The notes under the pieces: generated by a model
The model's input: the letters and a program-made list of their open reading frames with translations, nothing else
Databases searched by the model: none
Told to the model about the DNA's origin: nothing
Shown here: one piece after another, positions 1-6,793 of the stretch
Position numbering within the stretch: position 1 is the first letter of the stretch
How the letters are laid out: the number at the start of each line of letters is the position of its first letter
Translations under genes and position numbers: made by a program
Source of the DNA: an uncultured Clostridia bacterium
GTDB taxonomy: Bacteria > Bacillota > Clostridia > Oscillospirales > Ruminococcaceae
Assembly (NCBI GenBank): GCA_937871145.1
Contig: CALMXN010000117.1
Span: 1-24,609, forward strand
Length of the DNA stretch: 24,609 nucleotides
Direction of reading: 5' to 3'

Positions 1-16
1 TGTGGCTTTTATTTTT

Positions 17-45
17 TTGCAATTTTTTAACTTATATGATATTAT
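17..45 (+). promoter_or_regulatory. sigma-A type promoter
   Basis: TTGCAA (17-22), 17-nt spacer, TATTAT (40-45) with extended -10 TG at 37-38; upstream of GGAGG RBS (64-68) and ATG 77. Confidence 0.65.
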
Positions 46-76
46 GGTAAAAAATACTATATGGGAGGAAACTAAT

Positions 77-673
77 ATGAGGCAAAGCAGAACAAGCGCA
101 TATGTATTCTTCGCAATATGCGTACTGGCAAGATGGTTTATCAATGAAGTTTTTAATTACGTCTTTCCGTTGCTTATCTTCTATGCTTTTGGATTTATTG
201 TATTAGTTGTATTGCTAATATACTTTTTTGTTGATGGGATACGTAAGTTTAGAAAGTATAAGTTTAAAGCTATTACTCCATTTATAATCAGTCTTGCAAC
301 TTTTCTTTTTGTGACTGTTTTGCCTGTTCAGGAATATAGATTAAGGATAGAATACTATTGTTTTAAACCAGTCCGTGATAAAATAGTTGAAGAAATAAAA
401 GAATCTGACGTTACGTATATAGACAAAGAAGTAAAACTTCCATGGTACTTATCTTTTGTATCTGCGGATGGTAAAATAATAGTTGAAAAGCATGAAAGTG
501 GCATAACAGTTAGCTTCAAGTTTTTCAATGAGATAGTGACAAGCAGGAGCAGTAAGGTGGTATATTCATCTGAGGATATAGAAGAAAGAGAGTATCGAGC
601 CGAAGGAGAATATGGCAAAATAGAAAAGCTCGGGAGAAACTGGTATTACATACAAGAGCAAATATATGATTAA
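77..673 (+). CDS. Hypothetical membrane protein (about 3 N-terminal TM segments, soluble C-terminal domain)
   Basis: ORF track 2..673; start moved to ATG 77 because GGAGG at 64-68 precedes it. Three hydrophobic stretches in the first ~85 aa. No family recognised. Confidence 0.8.
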   Translation: MRQSRTSAYVFFAICVLARWFINEVFNYVFPLLIFYAFGFIVLVVLLIYFFVDGIRKFRKYKFKAITPFIISLATFLFVTVLPVQEYRLRIEYYCFKPVRDKIVEEIKESDVTYIDKEVKLPWYLSFVSADGKIIVEKHESGITVSFKFFNEIVTSRSSKVVYSSEDIEEREYRAEGEYGKIEKLGRNWYYIQEQIYD

Positions 674-694
674 TATAGATTGTTATCCATCATA

Positions 695-723
695 GTATTT
701 TCTAAGTATTTCCCGCATATATT
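695..723 (+). promoter_or_regulatory. Possible sigma-E type sporulation promoter for spoIIP
   Basis: CATATATT (716-723) resembles the sigma-E -10 element; GTATTTT (695-701) lies exactly 14 nt upstream but is an imperfect -35. Confidence 0.35.
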
Positions 724-753
724 TGAATATCAATTATGCGAGGAAGTGTTAAT

Positions 754-1932
754 ATGAAAAGTATAAGAAGACAACGCGCAAAGGTAATAAGTGTTATTAC
801 TGCAGTAATTGCTATACCTGCGGTTACTGTATATTTTGCGATGACGTCTGCTGCATTCAACAGGGTTACAAAGAAAGCAACATTATTCTGTGCTAACATA
901 AAAGTCGGTGAAGCTGACAAAAAAACTGAAGATAAAAATGTTGCTGTGAATAACAATATAAGTCTTGAGGTCAACGGTGAACAGTTCGTTTCTGAAGGCT
1001 CATTATGGAGTCTTGATATGGCACCGCAGGAGCAAGAAATAAAGGTTGCACCTGAGGAAGCAGCAAAGCCTCTCCCACAGACATCTTCAAGTGGTGGCGG
1101 AGCATTGCCGTATCCGACAAGTCAGGAAAAGCACAGTGGTCTGATAAAACAGCTTTCCTTCACAAAATACAGTAGTGCACAATACATAAATCTTGCGTCG
1201 GGAGGTCAGGTCAGAAACTGCACAAGCGTTGCAAATAATAAGCTTACTGCCGAAAGCAAGCTTTTGCCTGACTTTAAAATAGTATTGAACAGCGAGCCAC
1301 AGGTTCTCATAATGCATTCACACACAACAGAAAGCTATGAGCCATACACAAGGGATTTTTATGATGCAAGCTTTCATTCAAGGACTACCGACAATTCAAA
1401 AAATGTTGTAGCTGTCGGTGATAAGATAGAAGCAGAGCTGAAAGCCGCAGGTATTGGCGTTATCCACGACAAGACTGTACACGATTATCCTTCATACAAC
1501 GGATCATATCAGCGAAGTGAAATAACAGTAAGAAACATACTTAAAAAATATCCGTCAATTAAGGTTGTGCTTGATGTTCATCGTGATGCAATTCAGACAC
1601 AGGATGGTGTAAGAAGTGCACCTGTTGCTAAAATCAACGGCAAGCAGGCCGCACAGATTATGATTATTTCAGGCTGTGATGACGGTACGATGAATATGCC
1701 GAACTATATGAAGAATTTCAGGCTTTCATCACTTCTCCAGCAACAGCTTGAGGGGGATTATCCAGGTATCACAAGACCGGTATTGTTTGATTACAGAAAG
1801 TATAATCAGGATCTGACAACAGGTTCAATTCTTCTTGAAATGGGTTCCCACGGGAATTCACTTGACGAGGCTTTATATTCAGGTGAACTTATGGGTAAGG
1901 CATTAGCAAAATCATTGCTTAAATGCAAATAA
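754..1932 (+). CDS. spoIIP: Stage II sporulation protein P (engulfment peptidoglycan amidase/endopeptidase)
   Basis: N-terminal TM anchor; SpoIIP motifs VLIMHSHTTESY, VVAVG, HDKTVHD, LDVHRDA, LLEMG, GNSLDEA. ATG 754 follows GAGGAAG. Confidence 0.93.
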   Translation: MKSIRRQRAKVISVITAVIAIPAVTVYFAMTSAAFNRVTKKATLFCANIKVGEADKKTEDKNVAVNNNISLEVNGEQFVSEGSLWSLDMAPQEQEIKVAPEEAAKPLPQTSSSGGGALPYPTSQEKHSGLIKQLSFTKYSSAQYINLASGGQVRNCTSVANNKLTAESKLLPDFKIVLNSEPQVLIMHSHTTESYEPYTRDFYDASFHSRTTDNSKNVVAVGDKIEAELKAAGIGVIHDKTVHDYPSYNGSYQRSEITVRNILKKYPSIKVVLDVHRDAIQTQDGVRSAPVAKINGKQAAQIMIISGCDDGTMNMPNYMKNFRLSSLLQQQLEGDYPGITRPVLFDYRKYNQDLTTGSILLEMGSHGNSLDEALYSGELMGKALAKSLLKCK

Positions 1933-1939
1933 TAAAACA

Positions 1940-1971
1940 AACCGCAGTACTATTATAAATGTACTGCGGTT
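1940..1971. terminator. Bidirectional intrinsic terminator between convergent genes
   Basis: Perfect 11-bp inverted repeat AACCGCAGTAC (1940-1950) / GTACTGCGGTT (1961-1971), A-rich on the left, T-rich on the right. Confidence 0.8.
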
Positions 1972-2686
1972 ATTTGTTCTTGAAAATTTCTGTCCTCAGG
2001 CGTCTTTCACGTCTGACAGGAGCTTTTGCGAGGCGAAGCATCTGTTCGTGATATTTCCTTCTGTTTTCAAGACGCGCCTTTTCAAATGAACAAGCATGTC
2101 GTATCATTTTCACTACCCTTGACGGATTATTATAAACATCGTGAATATCAATTTTTTCAAGCTCAGCGGTTGAGTTATAATTATACCACCATACATCAAA
2201 CCTGACATTGCCCTTTTCGTCTGTTGTATAGTGGAGTCTTTCTGCTTTATCGTTAATCATCCGGATTTTGCCTGTAATAATAATTTTTCGCTTCTTGAGG
2301 GTTATTGATTTAAGTTCAGATAATTTAATAATGTAGAGATTTTTGTAATATATTTTTTTAAAACGGTTAATCACTGTTTCTTTGTGACAGCTTATTATTA
2401 AGTAATTTGATAAAATATCAATAAAGGTATTTTTCTTATGCGCTTTGATAAGGCTGTGGCAGAGAAGAAAAACTGATAAGCAATAGAGAAATGTTGCACA
2501 GCAACCCACAATTAAACAAATCTTAAGAATTTTTGGCGGGAAGTCATTGCTCAGGTATTTTCTGTTGATTAAAGCCATGAGAACCACAACTAAATTAAAC
2601 TGTAAAAAAGGAATAAGTCCACCCAGAAAACGCAATCGGTATTTTTTCCGGAGTTTTTTAATATCCGGAATAATAAACTTATTCAT
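1970..2686 (-). CDS. Hypothetical membrane protein (2 N-terminal TM helices, basic cytoplasmic domain)
   Basis: 238-aa ORF; AAGGA RBS 6 nt before ATG, overlapping the stop of the upstream minus-strand gene. No family recognised. Confidence 0.75.
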   Translation of the reverse strand: MNKFIIPDIKKLRKKYRLRFLGGLIPFLQFNLVVVLMALINRKYLSNDFPPKILKICLIVGCCATFLYCLSVFLLCHSLIKAHKKNTFIDILSNYLIISCHKETVINRFKKIYYKNLYIIKLSELKSITLKKRKIIITGKIRMINDKAERLHYTTDEKGNVRFDVWWYNYNSTAELEKIDIHDVYNNPSRVVKMIRHACSFEKARLENRRKYHEQMLRLAKAPVRRERRLRTEIFKNK

Positions 2687-2696
2687 AGTATATCCT

Positions 2697-3233
2697 TTAT
2701 AAAGTAATCTGAGAAATATTGCTGTATGTATATTGCTTCATATCACCCGAATAAAGTAATGTAGCGTTTTTCAGATATCTGAAATCATCGGGAGTTATCA
2801 GTGAAATATCCTTATTGAATTTTGCTATTCCCGAATAGGTCAGCATATATGCCACGAACTGTGAGCATACAAATCTTGTACGTCTTTTTAAAGGTATACC
2901 AAGCGGCACAGTCAGAAGTCCAAGCAGGTTATAGGAATATAACTGTGTCTTTGTTTTGAAGTGGGTAATAAGATCGTTGTATCTTTTAAGCTGACTATCG
3001 GTTACTTCAAAGCTGTATATTTCACATGGTATTGATGAAAACAGCCCATATACACCTGTATGTATACTTTCATTCTTAAAACCAGCCGGCAAAGGACGGT
3101 ACTTGTTGAAACGGGAAAAACTGAACATTTCACTTAGTTCTTTATCCGTCGTTATGGAAACATGGTTAAAAGGTGTTCTCGTGAAGGCTTTAATTGTCTT
3201 TGACACCATGGTGCCGGTCTGTGTCAGAACCAC
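2697..3233 (-). CDS. Permuted papain-like amidase (NlpC/P60 superfamily, YaeF/YiiX-like); true start probably ATA at 3260
   Basis: His motif (FNHVSI) precedes Cys motif (FVCSQFVA), then the TPDDF motif: the circularly permuted NlpC/P60 order. Confidence 0.7.
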   Translation of the reverse strand: MVLTQTGTMVSKTIKAFTRTPFNHVSITTDKELSEMFSFSRFNKYRPLPAGFKNESIHTGVYGLFSSIPCEIYSFEVTDSQLKRYNDLITHFKTKTQLYSYNLLGLLTVPLGIPLKRRTRFVCSQFVAYMLTYSGIAKFNKDISLITPDDFRYLKNATLLYSGDMKQYTYSNISQITL

Positions 3234-3289
3234 ATATATGTATTGTTTATTATTTGATATAATAATCTCCTGAAATAATTTATATGTAT

Positions 3290-3318
3290 ATTATATAACA
3301 AAATTTAAACATTGTATA
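3290..3318 (-). promoter_or_regulatory. Possible sigma-A promoter for the minus-strand operon
   Basis: On the minus strand: TATACA (3318-3313), 17 nt, TATAAT (3295-3290), upstream of AGGAG (3271-3267). The region is very AT-rich, so a chance match is possible. Confidence 0.4.
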
Positions 3319-3397
3319 GTACTGGTGAATTATTGTTTTTTATTGCACAAAAAAGCACACTTACATTTATGAAAAATAACAATCATTCTATAAGATA

Positions 3398-3426
3398 TTG
3401 CAAAAAAATCATATATAAGATATAAT
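3398..3426 (+). promoter_or_regulatory. sigma-A promoter of the pilZ-parA-comFB unit
   Basis: TTGCAA (3398-3403), 17-nt spacer, TATAAT (3421-3426). Confidence 0.75.
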
Positions 3427-3490
3427 TAAAAATATGATAGAATTACTGTATTTTGTAGTTAAAAGATAAAAACAGGAGTTGACACCACAA

Positions 3491-4150
3491 ATGATTGATA
3501 AAAGAAAAATTATTAAAGTTGATGTCTATTCTTTTAAGAATGGGTTGATAGTTTCATCGGAAACTTTCAATGTCATGCCTGTTGACCATAAGGATGAACT
3601 GTTCAGCGTAATGATAAAAAGCGCTAATATACCTGAAATCCCAAAGAACACGCCGGTTGAGGTTGTATTCTATTATATAAACGGCGACAGAGTAAAATAC
3701 AATACAAAAATTGATGTATGCACAGAATTCCAGCTTAATGTCACTGTCGGAACAGCAAGCACAGTTCTTGAGGAAAGAAGACGTTTTTATAAGCTTGCAA
3801 CCGATCTTGATGCAAGCATATCAATCATGACAAGGGGCGAAGAAGACACAGTTTTTGACACCCCTGTTTCTGCTAAAATTAAGAACATCAACATTGGCGG
3901 GGTTTTCCTTGAATGTGCTTATGACTTCAGAGCAGGCGACATAATTGTTCTGAGTTTCAATGCCTTTGGAACAGAGCTTGATCTTTCGTCAAAGATATTA
4001 CGGATTCAGAAAACTGATAACAAGGTTGAAGGCTATGGATGTCAGTTTATAAAACTTAAAAACCGTGAAGAGGAAATTCTTGCAAGATATATAAATAACG
4101 TTCAACGTGAATCACTTGATATAATAAAAAACATACTAAACACAAGATAA
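3491..4150 (+). CDS. PilZ-domain protein (YcgR/MotI-like architecture), variant c-di-GMP motifs
   Basis: N-terminal beta domain then ERRRFYK and NINIGG (PilZ RxxxR and D/NxSxxG positions), C-terminal YGCQF and LARYI. ATG 3491 preferred because TTG 3479 abuts the AGGAG RBS. Confidence 0.85.
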   Translation: MIDKRKIIKVDVYSFKNGLIVSSETFNVMPVDHKDELFSVMIKSANIPEIPKNTPVEVVFYYINGDRVKYNTKIDVCTEFQLNVTVGTASTVLEERRRFYKLATDLDASISIMTRGEEDTVFDTPVSAKIKNINIGGVFLECAYDFRAGDIIVLSFNAFGTELDLSSKILRIQKTDNKVEGYGCQFIKLKNREEEILARYINNVQRESLDIIKNILNTR

Positions 4151-4176
4151 CTTACTATTAAAAATACGGAGGAAAT

Positions 4177-4938
4177 ATGGCAAAAGTAATCACCTTTACT
4201 AATCAGAAGGGTGGCGTAGGAAAAACAACTACAGCTGCTGCTTTTTGTGGGGCTTTTGTTGCAAAGGGGAAAAAGGTCTTGGCAATCGATCTGGACCCGC
4301 AGGGTAATTTGTCATTCAGCCTTGGTGCCGACGACGATGAATATACTATACATGACGTTCTGTTGGGGAAGGTGTCTATACATGAGGCCATACAGACAAC
4401 AAACAACTGTGATGTCATACCTTCAAACATTCTTCTCAGCGGGCTTGAGCTTGAACTTTCTTCAGTCGGAAGAGAATATCTCCTGAAGGAAAAGCTTGCG
4501 CCGATAATGAAGTTTTATGACTATATAGTAATAGACACACCACCTGCATTGAGTATTCTTACTATTAATTCTTATATTGCCTGCAATGATCTGATTATCC
4601 CGATGACTCCTGAAATTTTAAGTCTTCAGGGAATTGCACAGCTTAAGGATACAATCATTGCGGTAAAAAAATATTACAACAAGTCGCTTAACTTAAGAGG
4701 CATACTTCTTACAAAATATAATGAGAGAATACTTCTTACAAAAGAAGTTGAAGAGCTTGCATCAATTGTTGCAGGTCAGCTTGGCAGTTCTGTTCTTAAA
4801 ACAAAAATTTCTGTCAGCGTAGCAGTGGCAGAAGCACCTGCTCATAAAATGTCTATTGTAAGATACGCTCCGCGTGTTAAAGCGAGCAGGGATTATGTCA
4901 GGGTAGTGGACGAGCTTTATGGGGAGGAATTAAGGTGA
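4177..4938 (+). CDS. Orphan Soj/ParA-family ATPase
   Basis: Deviant Walker A NQKGGVGKTT, DLDPQGN, DTPP, EAP; GGAGGA RBS. No parB adjacent. Confidence 0.92.
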   Translation: MAKVITFTNQKGGVGKTTTAAAFCGAFVAKGKKVLAIDLDPQGNLSFSLGADDDEYTIHDVLLGKVSIHEAIQTTNNCDVIPSNILLSGLELELSSVGREYLLKEKLAPIMKFYDYIVIDTPPALSILTINSYIACNDLIIPMTPEILSLQGIAQLKDTIIAVKKYYNKSLNLRGILLTKYNERILLTKEVEELASIVAGQLGSSVLKTKISVSVAVAEAPAHKMSIVRYAPRVKASRDYVRVVDELYGEELR

Positions 4939-5372
4939 ACAAGAAGACCAATAAGACAGCTCATGTTCTCAAACTGCTTACCAATTCAGATGCAACAATA
5001 AAAGAAAATCCTATTCTTAATGAAGAATTCAAGGATGAAATGATATTAAACAGACACACACACAAGGGTGAAGAATTTGACGAAGCTCCGGAAAATATTA
5101 TTCTTCCGAAAACAGTGGGAATAAATATAATTTCAGATCTGATTGAGGAAAACCTTGTAACAGTCCTTGAAAGATTCAGGTGCTGTACTTGCGAGAAGTG
5201 CAAGAAATATATTTCTATTGAGGCACTTAATCAGCTTCAGCCAAAGTATGTCTCTGCTGAAGATGTTAGCGAAAAAGAAATTTTAAACCTTAAGGAAAAG
5301 TATAAAACGAGCGTTGTAACAGTTCTTTTAAAGATTGCTTTACAAATTAAAAGCAATCCTATTCACAAATAA
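4935..5372 (+). CDS. ComFB-family protein with N-terminal extension
   Basis: CxCxxC (CTCEKC), ALNQLQPKYV and terminal PIH match the ComFB pattern CxCxxCxxDxxALALNxLPPxYV...PxH. GTGA start/stop overlap with parA; GGAGGA RBS. Confidence 0.8.
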   Translation: MNKKTNKTAHVLKLLTNSDATIKENPILNEEFKDEMILNRHTHKGEEFDEAPENIILPKTVGINIISDLIEENLVTVLERFRCCTCEKCKKYISIEALNQLQPKYVSAEDVSEKEILNLKEKYKTSVVTVLLKIALQIKSNPIHK

Positions 5373-5378
5373 TTCACA

Positions 5379-5414
5379 ACCCGACATTAATTAGTGGTGT
5401 CGGGTATTATTTTT
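5379..5414 (+). terminator. Intrinsic terminator after comFB
   Basis: ACCCGACA (5379-5386) / TGTCGGGT (5398-5405) stem followed by ATTATTTTT. Confidence 0.7.
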
Positions 5415-5497
5415 GTCTTATCTTACAAAAAATGCAACACATTTAACAAATAATCGATACAAAAATCAGGAAATTTTAGCAAATAGCAAAAAAAGTA

Positions 5498-5526
5498 TTG
5501 AAATTCCCTGTCGGATAAAGTATAAT
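5498..5526 (+). promoter_or_regulatory. sigma-A promoter of the flagellar operon
   Basis: TTGAAA (5498-5503), 17-nt spacer, TATAAT (5521-5526); A-rich UP-like tract upstream. Confidence 0.8.
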
Positions 5527-5613
5527 TGTAATAAATATAATAAGCAAATTATCTGATGATAAATAATTCACACTTTTTTAATAAAATATACGGATTTGAG
5601 AAAGGATGATAGC

Positions 5614-5985
5614 ATGGCTTTGTTAAATAATTCGTCATTCCGTTTACTTCAGCAGGGGCTTGATGCGGTTTGGCTCAAGCAGAAAGTAATCAACCAGAAT
5701 ATCGCAAATTCTGACACACCTGGATATAAAGCAAAAAGTGTTCAGTTCTCCACTTTACTAAAAGATAAATGCAAATACCATCAGTACCATAATCAGGATG
5801 ACGGGGATATGAACCTCAAAACAACAATAACAGAAGAAAAAGGAACCAACCAGCTTCTTGACGGCAACAATGTTGACGTTGAAAAGGAAATGATGGACCT
5901 TGCCGATGCACAGTATCAGTATGATGTTCTTTCGGGGAAAATCACAAATGAATTTTCAATGCTAAGAACAGCTATCACAAGATAA
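5614..5985 (+). CDS. flgB: Flagellar basal-body rod protein FlgB
   Basis: NIANSDTPGYKAK and DGNNVDVEKEM motifs; AAGGA RBS supports ATG 5614. Confidence 0.96.
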   Translation: MALLNNSSFRLLQQGLDAVWLKQKVINQNIANSDTPGYKAKSVQFSTLLKDKCKYHQYHNQDDGDMNLKTTITEEKGTNQLLDGNNVDVEKEMMDLADAQYQYDVLSGKITNEFSMLRTAITR

Positions 5986-5998
5986 CGGAGGAATTTGA

Positions 5999-6427
5999 AT
6001 GTCTTTTTTAAATTCACTTGATATAGGAAGAAATGCACTATCAGCCCAGCGTCTCAGAATGGACGTCATTACACAGAACATAGCAAATGCAGAGACAACA
6101 AGGACTTCAGACGGTGGACCTTACAGGCGTCAGATGGTTGTTTTTGAGGAACGCAAAAGCTTCAAAAGTATTCTTGGGGAGAAAAGAAAAGAAAATTACG
6201 AGGGCGTAAATGTAGCAGCCGTTGTAAAAGACGATGCACCGTTTACTCCAGTATATGATCCGACAAACCCGGATGCTAATGAGGACGGCTATGTAATGAT
6301 GCCGAATGTTGACAAGACAAAGGAACAGCTTGACTTAATGGCAGCGACACGTTCATATGAAGCTAATATTACTGCTATCAATGCAGTAAAAGCAATGGCT
6401 TCAAGAGCACTCCAGATAGGAAAATAA
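5999..6427 (+). CDS. flgC: Flagellar basal-body rod protein FlgC
   Basis: QRLRMDVITQNIANAETT, GGPYRRQ, YDPTNPDANEDGYVMMPNV, SYEAN. Confidence 0.97.
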   Translation: MSFLNSLDIGRNALSAQRLRMDVITQNIANAETTRTSDGGPYRRQMVVFEERKSFKSILGEKRKENYEGVNVAAVVKDDAPFTPVYDPTNPDANEDGYVMMPNVDKTKEQLDLMAATRSYEANITAINAVKAMASRALQIGK

Positions 6428-6453
6428 CATACGTTTAAAATAAGGAGAAATAT

Positions 6454-6756
6454 ATGTACATAGTACCAATGAGCGGAATTACTCCGTTAGAGACACCTTC
6501 ACAGGTTGGGTCAACACCAAAATCAAATTCATCCGAAGGTTCTTTTGCTGATGTATTCAAAGATGCTTTGAAAAATGCACAGGATACACAGAAGGTCTGC
6601 GAAGATGATAATATTAAGGTTGCACTTGGTGAAATTGATGATCTCCATACGGTTCAGATTAATATGCAGAAGGCAGCGCTTGCACTTGAAACCTTTGTTT
6701 CAATGAAGAACACAGCAGTAGACGCCTATAATGAAATTATGAGAATGAGCGTCTAA
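6454..6756 (+). CDS. fliE: Flagellar hook-basal body protein FliE
   Basis: SFADVFKDAL, DLHTVQI, AYNEIMRMSV; position after flgC. Confidence 0.95.
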   Translation: MYIVPMSGITPLETPSQVGSTPKSNSSEGSFADVFKDALKNAQDTQKVCEDDNIKVALGEIDDLHTVQINMQKAALALETFVSMKNTAVDAYNEIMRMSV

Positions 6757-6793
6757 TTCAGTATTAATTTGAAAATAAGCAGGAGGTTTAGGC

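Noticed and set aside
4177-4938. Calling the ATPase FlhG/MinD or the chromosomal Soj
   Set aside because: NQKGGVGKT and DLDPQGN are Soj-type, with no FlhG/MinD membrane helix; no parB, parS or origin genes are nearby.
5430-5460. sigma-D promoter (ATCGATAC resembles the -10 GCCGATAT)
   Set aside because: No TAAA -35 element at 15-16 nt spacing.
5527-5613. c-di-GMP riboswitch or invertible flagellar switch in the flgB leader, as in C. difficile
   Set aside because: The leader is only about 80 nt and AT-rich, with no GEMM-like stems and no long flanking inverted repeats or recombinase.
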